Source: Haliotis cracherodii (lineage: Eukaryota). Taken from it: a stretch of 64,000 nt of DNA. The notes beneath the pieces were generated by a model that saw only the letters and a list, made by a program, of their open reading frames with translations, searched no databases and was not told where the DNA came from. Below are positions 39,481 to 52,354 of this stretch, one piece after another (position 1 is the stretch's first letter; every line of letters begins with the position of its first letter). Location: positions 5,208,001 through 5,272,000 of the forward strand of contig NW_027266280.1 of assembly GCF_022045235.1 (NCBI RefSeq), in the 5' to 3' direction. The position numbers and the translations under genes are program-made.

Positions 39481-40258
39481 AATTCACTGCAAGACACGGC
39501 CTCTTTGTTGCTGCTCGTTCAATGCTTCCCGTCAGTGTGTGTACACAACCCACCCCAGTGATCGCACGGTTACACACATGCAAATATGAAATACTTGTCA
39601 GTACCAACATAACAGGAGGTCCATGGGGTTAAGTGGTTAACTCCTTGTATACCAAGGTTCGAATCCAGAGCTGTATGTTGATAAATATTTAGACATACAC
39701 TTGGAATATATAATATCGTTTCACGTCTCGCGGCATTGCTTTCTACTGCATCTAAGGGGGAGTATGTATTAATTATGATATCACGACAGGTCGATCGCAA
39801 TACAAGAAGATATGTAACCCCCAAAATGTCATCGTGGTGTTCACAAACACACCTCATCACTTTTTGTTTGTTGTTTAACGCCACATACATCCAGCTATAT
39901 GACGGGTCTGCCAGTAATCGAGTATGAACGACAATCCAGTGATTAACATCATGAGCATCTATCTGTGCAATTGGGATACGATGACATGCTTCAACCAAGT
40001 CGGATAGCCTGACCACCCGATCCCGCTAGTCGCCGTTTACAAGCATGGGTTATAGAAGACCAAATTCGAACACAGTTCGTCACGAGGGATACATCATAGC
40101 AATCATTATCGTTCAGTCAATCTACACGCGCATGCATGGTTTGAAACATTCTTTCCAACCTGAACCCGCTGTGTTATGGTTTATGAACATACTCTCAAGC
40201 TGGTCGACTGGATACACGGACGACCCCGTGATGGGAGCGTGGATTCGAACCTTAAAAA

Positions 40259-40432
40259 CAGTAAACTACGGTAAACGAACTCAAAGGGGTCACTGATATT
40301 AGTTCGATATAACCGTAGTTCATTATAAGCTTATATACAGCATATGTACAGCAAATGGCTGGGACAAAAAAACTATGTTACTTATATCCGTCAGTTCGTT
40401 ACAAGCGTGTTCGTTATAAACGTAGTTTACTG
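40259..40432. mobile_element. MITE, Tc1/pogo-like termini
   Basis: TIRs CAGTAAACTACG / CGTAGTTTACTG followed by TA; internal TTCGTTATAA repeats. Confidence 0.75.
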
Positions 40433-43043
40433 TATAAGATACGCACGTCGCTTCAGTCATACATTACACAGATCTATACGAAGCAACAACAAAACTGAAT
40501 GTGCATCATCGTCGTGTCAGATTTTTGTTGCCTGTGAATTTGGAACGTGACACTATCAGCGTCGCTGTTTTTATATAGTGTTTTTGTTTATACCTGTTTC
40601 CTTACAAGAGTCAGTTTTGATCATCATTTTCAGATAATTATTGCTCTCTTCTGATAAATAGGAGCAAAAGTAAAATGAGATCCGATCACGTTTGCGCGCG
40701 CTAAAACCAGTAGAGTAGGCCATTTTCAATACGAGGAAAGCGTAAACTTGGGTGAAAGGAGGAAAATATTATATTTTCACAGTATAATTATAATAATATT
40801 TAGATTAGGTGAGAGAGAAAATGACGAAATTATTAAGTACTTTGAAGAATCTGAACATATTTTCCTCACTGTGACCACTAGAAAACATACATCCTCGTCT
40901 CCCCCGTATTTGTCAATTGGCGGTCTTACTTGGACCTTTGCTCAAATTATACTTGTATGACCAGTCCTTAAAATAAGACAGTTCCTATAATATGTTTTTT
41001 GATAAATCCGACTTTAAAATAGTATATATATAATAATTTCTATATATATACACCTTGATATATACATGTACATTTAAAGACATCCGTGATTGTTTATTTC
41101 AAGTAACGTTTCCCATTTCATTCCATTCTACAAAAGGAAACGTTTTATTTTGGCCTAGCGAAATTAGCCTGCAGGGAGGGAACATAACATAACTTAACAT
41201 TGTGAAGATAATCCCTTCTATATATACACAAGAATGCATTCATCTTGCTCTTAGACAAGATTGATTTTGTTTACAATTTCAGTCTGCCAACAGAGGGCGT
41301 TGGCATTTCCAGGCTTGATGGAAGTAGCCGAAAATGAGATTGCACATCAGATCAGCTGTTTGACGTGACGTTATTCGCGCCACAACACACGAGGTCAAAC
41401 GACAAATTCCCAGCGATCTATTATTAGCCTATACAAATATAATTGCAGATTGTAACGTCATTGAACGAAAAAAACAAAGCGTTTACTCATTGCTGACGAT
41501 ATTGATAACATATCAAATACAGGTTTAGACTTGCGATATATTATCTTACGATAATGGAGTGTACAGTCAATATCAATAACTTGTGAATGTAATATTAATT
41601 AGATTCCATTTCAGAATGTTGGAAACACAAACCCTATCATGTTAAGATAAAATATTCCATTTTCTTAGGAGATTTATAATGTGTATTTGATAATACTTAT
41701 TCATTCATAAATAGTTATCAATGATCGTGTACAATCACAGCATCTTACATGTATGTCTAGACACACGGAAAATACTTTCTTAGCAAACTAGTCATAGCGC
41801 CATTATCAGTTTCAGGGAAAGGAAAAATAAATCGAAATAAAACTTAACAGCACATCGTATCCTTAAGCGGGTGACTCAAATGCGAAAAGGAATCGGTGTC
41901 ATTATGTCAGACGTAAAGTTGATGTTTTCAGTAGTTGTATTATGTTTGTATCGTGTGTACCTTCGACAGAAACTGGGGTCGAGGTTACACATGGGACACC
42001 GACCTTGACACAAGCTGTTTATAATATGGCGTCGACTCACGTTTAGATGTCGTCGCCACACTTTTGAAATTCCCTTTTTCCACACAATGTAAAACGGTTA
42101 GGGTAATTAATTCACACTGTCGGATAGTTGATCAATCATACGTGTCTTAGTAATTTCATATACGAAAAGCAACAGATATTTGCCGAAACGGGCACGTATA
42201 CAGGACATAGCTGTGGTGCGAAAGTGCTGTGTCTATTAATTGGGGTTTGGCCATTCAATGTTTATGTGTTGGTCGTGGACTTCCTGCCTCTAAACCTAAC
42301 TTGTATCACCTAAAAATTTGACGATCTTAACTATCTTTCTATATATTAACAGAACGACAATCAGTACCGTCGTTTCGTCTCATGTCATTGCTAAATCGCC
42401 ATGACACACAGTCAATAAAAATATAAAGTACTTAAACAAGAAACTTCATTGCGGCCAAATTGTCAACAGTCTTATGGCAACAACTATACATTGGGGAAAA
42501 GTAAATCTTTCCGACCAGTCTGATCAGTTTTCTTTTTCAAGTAGGCGGCCTGATACTAAAATAGTTACGTGCATGTGACATGGATACATAATAAAAGAAT
42601 TGCCATACACAAAGAGAGACATCTGTCACACACCTGCAGTGGGTTCTGTATTTCATGGGTGTTACGTAAATATCTTTTTAACGAACGCGTGATGTTTCGT
42701 AAAACATAAACATTATTAACCCCCATGTTCTCCGGCATAAATCTTGCGAGACATGAAAGTAGTGGATACATACGTAAAAAGTGGATTAATTATAGCCACA
42801 GAGGATACTGGTCTAAGACAGGGTTGTGACGTTACTCCGGAGCTTTTAGGCCTCGGGTGATAAATTGTTTACCAACATCAATCTGACAGAATGTGGTGAG
42901 CGTAGGCGAGACGATGTCTTGTCGTGAGGTCAAGTATGGTACAGTAAGCTGTGATTCACCTTCACGTACATCCGAAATTCATAAATTGGGCCAGTGACGT
43001 GTTTTGCGCAGGTTTTCACGTCAATGTTTTCTGGATATTTTTG

Positions 43044-43126
43044 TATAAAAGGGGGTACGGGCTATTGTATCTTCAGTCAACTCAAATTTGCCATCGTATT
43101 TCGGCACTATTGTTACAGACTCTCGT
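43044..43126 (+). promoter_or_regulatory. G4 TATA box, Inr and non-coding exon 1
   Basis: TATAAAA at 43044; TCAGTC with the A at 43075 (+31); donor GTAAGT at 43127. Confidence 0.75.
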
Positions 43127-43551
43127 GTAAGTATAACTTTTTCTACTTCTCATAATACGTGTCCATGATGCTAATATTAGTTTATAAGTAGTATGGCCCG
43201 AGAATGTTGAGAAGCGTAGACTGTAGTTCCAGAATATTCATTCTATTTTAATGATAAGAAAGTGTATATAAGACGAAAGAATCATTCGGTAGGACATTTG
43301 TTCAGGAAATATAGCAATTGTGAAAGTATAAACACAGATGACTTCGTTCTATGATAGAATCGTAGGTATTTGTCTCTAAATTCTAAATACAATAGACATT
43401 TGAGTATAAAATAAAACTCATCCTCAACCTCAGAGCTTCTTGCTGCTGTTTCCAACTCAATTTCTATCCGATGAACATTTCATAAAGGAATTATGAATTT
43501 CCTTTATGGTGATTCATTTATTTGTTCACTTATTTCTTTTTTTTCAGAAAC

Positions 43552-43618
43552 ATGAATACTCTTCAAATCCTCGTAATTGTTATGGCTGCATGCTGTGGCG
43601 GTCATGCAAGACATATCC
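43552..43618 (+). CDS. G4 signal-peptide exon (MNTLQILVIVMAACCGGHARHI)
   Basis: Strong polypyrimidine acceptor at 43547; AACATGAA start context identical to G1; phase-1 donor GTAAGT at 43619. Confidence 0.88.
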
Positions 43619-43880
43619 GTAAGTGTTACGAAGTTGACTAATATAAATAAATGAAATCAACATCATCAGGATGAAGATGACGAATCAATGTATGAATTAA
43701 TATTATACCGTAAACAAAACCTTTTTCCAGTCTCATGATATAATAAAAAATCTGGAAATAATATCTATTTACAAATTGATATTAGCGTCCCCTACACATC
43801 GGTGTTATGTACATGTTGTATATTTCACCGAGCGTGCTACATTATAATCTGTTGGAACATATTTGCATGTTACTTGAATG

Positions 43881-44075
43881 TGGTGTTCACACTGAAGTTC
43901 CTGATGTCCCTGATGTTCACACTGAAGTTCCTGATGTTCCTGGTGTTCACACTGATGTTCCTGATGTCCTTGCTGTTCACACTGAAGTTCCTGATGTTCC
44001 TGGTGTTCACACTGATGTTCCTGATGTCCCTGGTGTTCACACTGAAGTTCCTGATGTCCCTGGTGTTCACAGTGA
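43881..44075. repeat. 30-bp minisatellite, about 6.5 copies, intronic
   Basis: Unit GGTGTTCACACTGAAGTTCCTGATGTCCCT. Confidence 0.95.
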
Positions 44076-44229
44076 TTTTCAGTTGTCTATTCTTGTTGTT
44101 TTCACTACTATTTTGCCTTCGCGCCAAGTAGAATCCGTTTCGGTAGATAATCGAGACTGATTATTCTCCGACGTTTACATTCAATATTTTCTAAAAGACA
44201 CTTTCTAATTTCCTATTTTATATTTGCAG

Positions 44230-44262
44230 GTTCCAGGCGTTTTGTTAACCAGTCACCTGCAG
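44230..44262 (+). CDS. G4 33-nt mini-exon (R-SRRFVNQSPA)
   Basis: TTTATATTTGCAG acceptor and CAG|GTACAG donor, phase 1-1, RSRR site. Confidence 0.8.
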
Positions 44263-44711
44263 GTACAGTTTAAATACTTTTTCAAAAATACAAATGTATA
44301 TCCTGTCATAAATATACATTTATAAATTCGAGTGGGTATATACCCTTTGGTTCACCTAGTCCTTGCTAAAATGTGGCTTAACGCCGCGTTCAAGATAATT
44401 GCACTTATATATAGCGACTTGAATGCACGTGTATGTGTATGTAAGGGGGGCCGTTTGCACTAGTCGGAACTAATGCCGGTTTTGTAGTGCTATGCCATGC
44501 CGCATTTTAACATAGACACCTAACTGTGACACAGTATACTGACTCCGAGCCGACCATCCCTTCTTAATGCCGAGCGTCAGACAAGTATTACCCTTTAACG
44601 TATTTTTGGTATGACGCGCCTGGGGATCGAACCCAAACCTTCCCCTCTCCGGGAAGACGCTCAATCAGTTACACCACGTAGACGGTCACTTATAATAAGC
44701 CTGTTGTGTTT

Positions 44712-44962
44712 GTATGTTTGTTTGATGTTTAACACCATGCTCAGCAATATTCGAGCTAACGGTCTGTAAATAATCGAGTCTGGACCAGACAATCCAGTGA
44801 TTGAGCATCAATCCCCGAAAATGGGATACGATGACGTGCATCAACCATGTCAGCTAGCCTGACCACCCAATCCCGTTAGTCGCCTCTAACGACAGGCATA
44901 GTAGCCTCTCAAGGCAAGCATGGGTTGCTGAAGACCAATTCTAACCCCGATTTTCACGGGTC
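44712..44962 (-). mobile_element. Family A element in a G4 intron, next to a family D copy (44370-44686)
   Basis: Consensus match. Confidence 0.85.
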
Positions 44963-45201
44963 ATCATGTTGTGATTTCTTTGTCACACCACCATACGACC
45001 TAACAGAAGGACAAGAACCAAACGGTATGATGAACAATCGAGGGCTGGAACGATGCAATAATGTCACAATACGAATATAAAATATCATATAATTACTGTT
45101 ACTGTGGAACCACGAAGAATAAGACATGTATATGGTATGTAGTTTTATGTCGTTGTGAAAGTCCTTGCCAAGTTATAATGAGAGGTATAACACTTTTTCA
45201 G

Positions 45202-45312
45202 ATTTATTTCCACCTGGTGCCAATCACCTGAATATTCGCTCGCTTATGGCTCTCATGAACAATCCAGTGATGCTGCAAGGTTTTGGTCAGGGTAACACTC
45301 AACAACAAAAGC

Positions 45313-45343
<31 letters not shown>

Positions 45344-45854
45344 GCAACAAGGAACGGCTAACATTCCACAAGCCAAATCAACCACTCCAGCACCCAAAGG
45401 TCAAGGTCAACATCAACAATATCCTCTTCCTAACCCGCCAGGGATCCAGACGCAACCTCAAACCCCGCCTATGACCCAACAAACACAGAATCAGGGATCT
45501 GGTCAAGGTCAAGGTCAAGGTCACGGTCAACCTCAAAGCCAAAATGCAGGTCAAGGACTGACACAACAGGCTCCCGTCGCTGCTCCTTCTACCAATACTC
45601 AGAGCACTGTCAATCCAATGCAGCAGTTTATGAGGTATTCAGGCATGTTCACCGACCCAATGTTTCTGCGATACTTTCAACAATTCATGAGGAGGATAGA
45701 CATGATTAAGCACAAGTACACGAAAGGGGAGTATGTCCCCCCAAAAGGCCTTTTCCCCGGGGGATATGTGATAAATGCTGATGGTAGTGATGCGGAAGTA
45801 AGGGACATATACGGAAGATTGCACTCAATTGATGGTGGCGTTTTCCAAGCATAA
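45202..45854 (+). CDS. G4 terminal exon: polyQ and GQ-rich region plus conserved domain (250-aa protein)
   Basis: Acceptor CTTTTTCAG in phase 1; ends ..KGEYVPPKGLFPGGYVINADGSDAEVRDIYGRLHSIDGGVFQA*; AATAAA at 46063. Confidence 0.9.
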
Positions 45855-46686
45855 CGTCAGTGAAGAAACTTAAACTTTGTGATACATTTGTGATCCGACT
45901 TTTTGTTGCTTGCTGGCCAGGCATATTACAGAGCAAACAATTGCATTATATATGTACTGTAATACATTCCATGTAGATATAAATGTTTCATGGTCATTTG
46001 AATCCCGCCTCATCTTTGTTAATCAGTAATGTACAGCATTTTTATAAGATGTTCTCTTTTTTAATAAATACAATCTCTTTGAATTGAAATTCGTTCGTGT
46101 TGTGACTCTGTTGATCGTTAAAACAACAATGTTCCATCACATTTGTGAAGACTGTTGTGTCAATATGGCAATATTTATTTAAAGCAACTTATTTCAAGCA
46201 GTTGTCTATTTTGCCTTTAGGCAAGCATGATAATGTAACTAAATTCGATGTGATATCATTTCACATGTCACTGTTTGTTGTGAGTAACGAGGACTAGACT
46301 CATCAAATGAGGCATGGCACCATTCTATTTGAATAAAAGCGACACAACACTAAAATGGAAATCATAGGAAATCTCTGCCACAAGGTCCATTGTACAATTC
46401 GACAATATCATGAGCATATGTTTATAAATCACTATCAAAAAGTGATGATGCCAGGTGTTCGCGTAAATGTGAGCGTATCCTACCCCACCGTGGCAGTCTA
46501 TTGTTCCTCTGAAAAAAGAACGAAACATGTCATCATCATTATTTAAAATTCCATCACCTTCTTGTAAGATGCGAAATGGACAAACGATTATAAGCTTTGG
46601 AGTGAGGTGTCATTTTGGAGTGTTGTGTCCTGTTGAGTAGACGCAGTATTGCTCACTAGATCATGGCTGGAGGTGTTTTCAATAAA

Positions 46687-46950
46687 GTTTGTTTGTTTGT
46701 TCTTTAACGCCGAACTCAGCAATATTCCAGCCATATGACGGCGGTCTGTAAATAATCGAGTCTGGACCAGACAATCCAGTGATTGATATCATGAGCATCG
46801 ATCCTCGCTATGTGATCGATGATTTGGATCAACCAAGCCAGCAAGCCTGACCACCCGATCCCATTAGTCGCCTTTAACGACAAGCATAGTCGCCTTTTAC
46901 GGCAAGAATGGGTTGCTGAAGACCTATTCTACCCCGGATCTTCACGGGTC
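46687..46950 (-). mobile_element. Family A element
   Basis: Full length; GTTTTCAA on both flanks. Confidence 0.9.
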
Positions 46951-47487
46951 GTTTTCAAAGAGACAAACGGTATACCTTTTTGATATTTGTTGGTTATTGA
47001 GCATTGTACCATGCTACTGAAGAATGATTGATGTTGATTGGTCAAAACAAGATAGAAAACAGGTATCTAATTTCTTTGGATACCTCAAAACGCAAAATCA
47101 TTACGTATAACATTGATCTCTCTATTGCCTACCGATTAAGGGCCATATCACATTCAGCCAACTAAATGAAATAATACTTTCGATATTAAAACGTACATGG
47201 GAAAACTAGCTTCCTTTTCTAAAAGCGCGACAACTCATTTCACCAAAATGTCGCATTGTCGCGCTTTAAATAATTACTGCATGTTTTTATAGTTTAACAA
47301 AGTGCGATACGCGACAATGCTACATTATATCAAAATGTCGCGTTGTCGCATTAAGGCTTCTCGCGATTGTAATAATTAATGAATATCATAATATTTTATC
47401 AATGTGCGACAATGGGACATTTCATCAAAATGTCGCGTTGTTGCACTGTCGCATTGCCTGTCTCGCTTTTATGAGTCACTGCTTATT

Positions 47488-47528
47488 GACCTGATGAAGG
47501 AGAAACTATATACGCCGAAACGTTGTGT
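47488..47528 (+). ncRNA. Penelope-type minimal hammerhead motif
   Basis: AC-CTGATGA-A-GGAG..CGCC-GAAA-CG-TT-GT: core intact, helix II weakened. Confidence 0.5.
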
Positions 47529-47754
47529 TCCTCATAGTAAAGAAGACATTTTTTATTCCTTTCAAAGGGTTGTACATCAGGTTCAGAGGTTACACAGTAG
47601 GTTTAGTCAATTGTAGTGAAAATACGTTTCATGTGCTATAAATATAGCATGCATAGTAAAGAAGTTGACATCCATATATTCTCTTCCTTATGTGTATCAC
47701 TTCATAATGCCTTTCAAAGACCCCACTGCTTATTTTGTGGTTTATGAAACATGA

Positions 47755-48162
47755 TCTATGATTATAGAAGAAATCGGTCAGTCACATCAGTTACAAAGGT
47801 GCATATATAGGTCCTATGGTTTTAGAAGAAATCGCTCAGTCATATCAATTACAATGGTGCATATATAGGTCCTATGGTTATAGAAGAAATCGCTCAGTCA
47901 CATCAGTTACAATGGTGCATATATAGGTCCTATGGTTATAGAAGAAATCGGTCAGTCACATCAATTACAAAGGTGCATACATGGGTCCTATGATTATAGA
48001 AGAAATCGCTCAGTCACATCAATTACAATGGTGCAAACATAGGTCCTATGGTTATAGAAGAAATCGGTCAGTCACATCAATTACAATGGTGCAAACATAG
48101 GTCCTATGGTTATAGAAGAAATCGCTCAGTCACATCAATTACAATGGTGCAAACATAGGTCC
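47755..48162. repeat. 58-bp tandem repeat, about 7 copies
   Basis: TAGAAGAAATCG recurs at 47765, 47823, 47881 and onward. Confidence 0.95.
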
Positions 48163-48321
48163 GCGAAGGAGCAAAGTCTGCGAGTTAAAGTGTCGTAGGT
48201 TATCTGAAGTCTGAACTCCCATTAACTATACTTGATTCGAATATGGACTTCGCAAAAACATTATTCTGAAAATAGTTCCTTATTTACCAAGCTCTCTAAG
48301 CGTCGTTTCGCCAAATGGTAT

Positions 48322-48485
48322 GAGTGAGTGAGTATGATTTTACTCCGCTTTTAGCAATATTCCAGCAATATCACGGCGGGGGACACCAGAAATGGGCTTC
48401 ACACATTGTAACCATGTCGGGAATCGAACCCGGGTCTTCGGCGTGACGAGCGAACGCTTTAACCACTAGGCTACCCGACCGCCCC
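48322..48485 (-). mobile_element. Family B SINE
   Basis: Consensus match; TCGCCAAA on both flanks. Confidence 0.9.
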
Positions 48486-48981
48486 TCGCCAAAAGGGATA
48501 TCATGAGTGAGTGAGTATTGCTTAACGCTAATATGAATGTATTTCAGTTTTGTCACTGCGTTTCAGATCGATGTCGCAGGAAAGCTGGAAGTGATGTAGG
48601 TCCAAAACATAATCAGGACAAACCGGGAGTTCCAACACACGATTACAGGGTTCTCGCCTCCCTAGGGGACGCCACTCTGCACAGCGAATTCATCGATTTG
48701 AGCCAGTGAGCGTATTATTACTTTGGTCGTTCTCATCTCCAAGGGGAGTATTCAACCCGAGCTGCATGTGATGTGATTTAAGGTTTACGGCCACATCGCC
48801 ACATTGCCACATCACCCTACCGGGTACCCATTCACTACTGGCTGAACAGTGGCATAGTTCGAACAAAATCACTTGTCACGTGCGCTTCAGTCGTCGCTAA
48901 AAGCTGCCAAGTATCGATCCCCCGTGACTAATGCCCATGCCCACTAAAAACTGAATTTCGGAATCTCCGTTTGTAGAAGAG

Positions 48982-49251
48982 TTTGGTTGGTTGGTTTGTT
49001 GTTTAACACCGCACTCGGCAATATTCCAGCTATATGACGGCGGTCTGTAAGTAATCGAGTCTCGACCAGACAATCCAGTGATTGATATCATGATCATCGA
49101 TCCAAGCAATTGCGATCGATGATATGCATCAACCAAGTCAGCGAACCTAACCATCCGATCTCGTAAGTCGCCTTTAACGACAAGCATAGTCACGTTTTAC
49201 GGCAAGCATGGGTTGCTGAAGACCTATTCTACCACGGAATCTTCACGGGTC
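48982..49251 (-). mobile_element. Family A element with 11-bp TSD
   Basis: TTGTAGAAGAG at 48971-48981 and 49252-49262. Confidence 0.9.
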
Positions 49252-52200
49252 TTGTAGAAGAGGACATGATTCTAATCAAGTTGTGTTTTAGCAAAATACT
49301 TACAATAGAATGTTCTATGGTATTTTCAGTTATAAGAAATGGCTTCTATTTTATCATTTTGCGAGTACTTAAACTCAATCCTGGATTGACATTCATGAGT
49401 TTGCTTCACCGCTTCCATTTTAAAGATCATTGCTGTCTAGTCTCATTACTTATGTACTTTTACATACAGGATATATTCAAAAACAAAGATAATGTCAGTC
49501 AACATGAAAAATAGAGCAGAACGCCTTGGGGAAGGAACTAGTTTGATAGAAGAGCATGGTTGGGGATTTAAGCCTCCCTCGAGGTGGATTCATAATGCTG
49601 CCAAAAGTTTCAAATTGGAAACTGCTTAGGGGCTGCCAGCGTCACACACGAGTATGACGGTATGTCGCTGAAAGAGAAATTTGCAAATTGATCGTCAGGT
49701 TAAGATAATGTATGTTAAGTGACATTAGTAAGAGAAGAGAACAAACGCAGTGAAGGCCATTCATTCATGAACCTACATTCACGAAGCAGCATACTGTGAC
49801 ACAAACACTAATTATATATAAATCTAAGTGACATAAAGCAAACTGATGATGGTGTTAATTTATAAGCTGCCAAGAAAATGATGTTTATTAGGCAGGGGTA
49901 TCATTTGTTCACGGGTGATAGAAAGTAGTTCCTGGGACATGAAAGAGGTATCCAATGAAAATTGTATATACTTAATTCACGAAATGTGTGGAATGTAACT
50001 GATGCTAGATCACGGATGTAGCAGTGACGACGTTGAAAATGTAAACAAGTCGACTTTTTTTTAAGAAATTGTACTTATTTAGAAACATGTTGTTGTGAAA
50101 ACACATAATGAGATAAACATACTGTGTTTTAATGTAGAGCTAAGTTATCTGTAGATTTAGCCGGTTAAATTGGATTTGGAACCGGGCGCGCATTCTACCA
50201 TGACTCAATAAAACGCTAAGCTTTTATACAAAATATGCATATGGCGATGTATATGCTCTAGCGGTTTGTTTTCACCGTAATACTTCACTTGAACATAAAA
50301 CAGGCATTGCATTTTGGAAGCATATAAGCACAGCAACTTGGTAAGCTGACATGAACAAGGCACCCAAAAGAAAACTACACAAGCTTTGCAAAGCTTTCGT
50401 TCTACACCGCACGTTACCATTATGACAACTAGCCTCTTTCAGTAACCTGCACGATGATTTGCCTGTCGATGAACGTTATGTGCGAAAATACGACAAACCA
50501 ATCAGAATGCCCGTATGACTTCAAGTACGTCGGTAAAAGATTCCCTCAGGAATACGTTTAGAACTACATATGTCTTGCATATACAATATACCCAAGATAC
50601 AGTTTAATGTGTTCAATCATACTGTATAATACTGTAAGTCCAGATGTATTTGAATAGCATCTGGAATATGTAGGGGATATTTCATGTGTTGAGTGAATAT
50701 TATGTTTCTCTCATCGAGGGCCCCATGAGAGAAACATGATATTTCTAGAGACACATGGACTATCCTATTTAATATATACTTTTTGAGTAGTTGTCTACCG
50801 GAAAATTCTCCCTACCTAACACACAGGGACGGTTCACCACCACTTGTATTTGCGACAAAAAAAGTAGTTTCCTGTTTCAAAATCTTAAAAAATATAAACT
50901 AAAGTCACAAAAACATATTAGGGTCACAGATTTTCTGTGTTATACAAATAGGAATATATACAAAATCAACTGCTATAAACTATCAACAAAACTACGAGAC
51001 CGCTGTTGGAATTCGAAGCGAAAGAATACACACTAGTCAAGTAACAAAAATGGCGCTTGAGTTAAATGAAAAATTTACAATTTATAACGAAACATTTTCA
51101 AGCGAATAAAAAACGGCATGAAGCGACATTATTTCCAAAATGACCATCTGTCATTATTTGGCCTTGTCAATGTGAGAACTAACGTAAAAAAGAAGTCAAC
51201 AGTCTGTGTACGGGACAGACACTTACGATAATTTGAGACAATATGAAGGGAGGTCACTCCTGTGTGAAAATAGTTCTGTCAAAGTGTTATGTTCACAGCA
51301 GTGAAACATCAGTGGTGTGTTCATCGCAATAAAAATATCACTTTTCTCAACTTCGGAAAACTCAGTCTTTCACATTGAGATATATAATAAATATGATATA
51401 AGGGATAAATATACGTGAATCATCGGCACTTCTTTTAGCTAAGCTTGTTTGCGCTGAGACGGGACCCAGTCGCAAAAATGGCCATGAAAGGGGTACGAGT
51501 CGCTATTCGGCTCTTACCGGAATAACACAAGTTTCACGACTGTATGATTACTTAGCATGTTTTCTGCACGAAATATATTGACACACATCCTTCGAGAAGT
51601 GTATTAACTTTGCATTTAGTAGCCTATAACTGAAGATATAATCATTTAAATATGCCTACCGATAATGACTGAAAAAGGTACTATTCTATGAACATTAGCT
51701 TCTGCGATGATACCGCCATCAAATCGGCTGTTTCAATTAAAGGGGATTTATTGTGATTTGACAACCTCAACTGGACCTATCAGAATCGAGTAAATTTCCA
51801 ATTTATGCTAGACTTTTTCATTTCACACTTGTAACCGAGAAACAAAGACAGTCGATGTATCCAAGAACAATCATTTGTGTCAGTGTTATCAGATAGGTGA
51901 TTAAAACACAGCAAACTAAATCCAAATTAAGTTTAGTAGAGTCCAATTTATAATTAATAAATCACCATAATAATAATTATGGCCGAGGATTATTGTGCAG
52001 TCGCTTTCAGCATGTAAATCGATATTTGGCAAAGAAAGACAAATTGATTGATCATGATCATCAAAAGCTTATGTTTTATATGCACAGGTAAGTACAAAAC
52101 GTTTAGGACCAGTGCTGTAATATAATGTCAAGTAAACTATATTTCCCTTTCTGTTCTCCGGGTTAATCTGTCAAATAAACCAACAAATTACTCAGAATAG

Positions 52201-52278
52201 ATCATTAATAAATCAAGCTTACTTGTCATTATTAACGGTAGCTCTAGGAACTCTCAAATAACCAAAATAGATGAGAGA

Positions 52279-52354
52279 TATTAAATAATGTGTGTCACGT
52301 TGTCATTCAAACAGACAGACTGTGGTGGAAGGAAGAAGGTGTTTGAGATACAGG
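52279..52354 (+). promoter_or_regulatory. Candidate G5 promoter and 50-nt non-coding exon 1
   Basis: TATTAAAT at 52279, TCATTC Inr at 52303, donor AGG|GTAAGT after 52354. Exon size matches the paralogs, but an alternative donor exists near 52088. Confidence 0.4.

Noticed and set aside
43802-44160. VHTEVPDVPG-repeat ORF and overlapping ORFs
   Set aside because: Products of a 30-bp intronic minisatellite; no convincing flanking splice sites.
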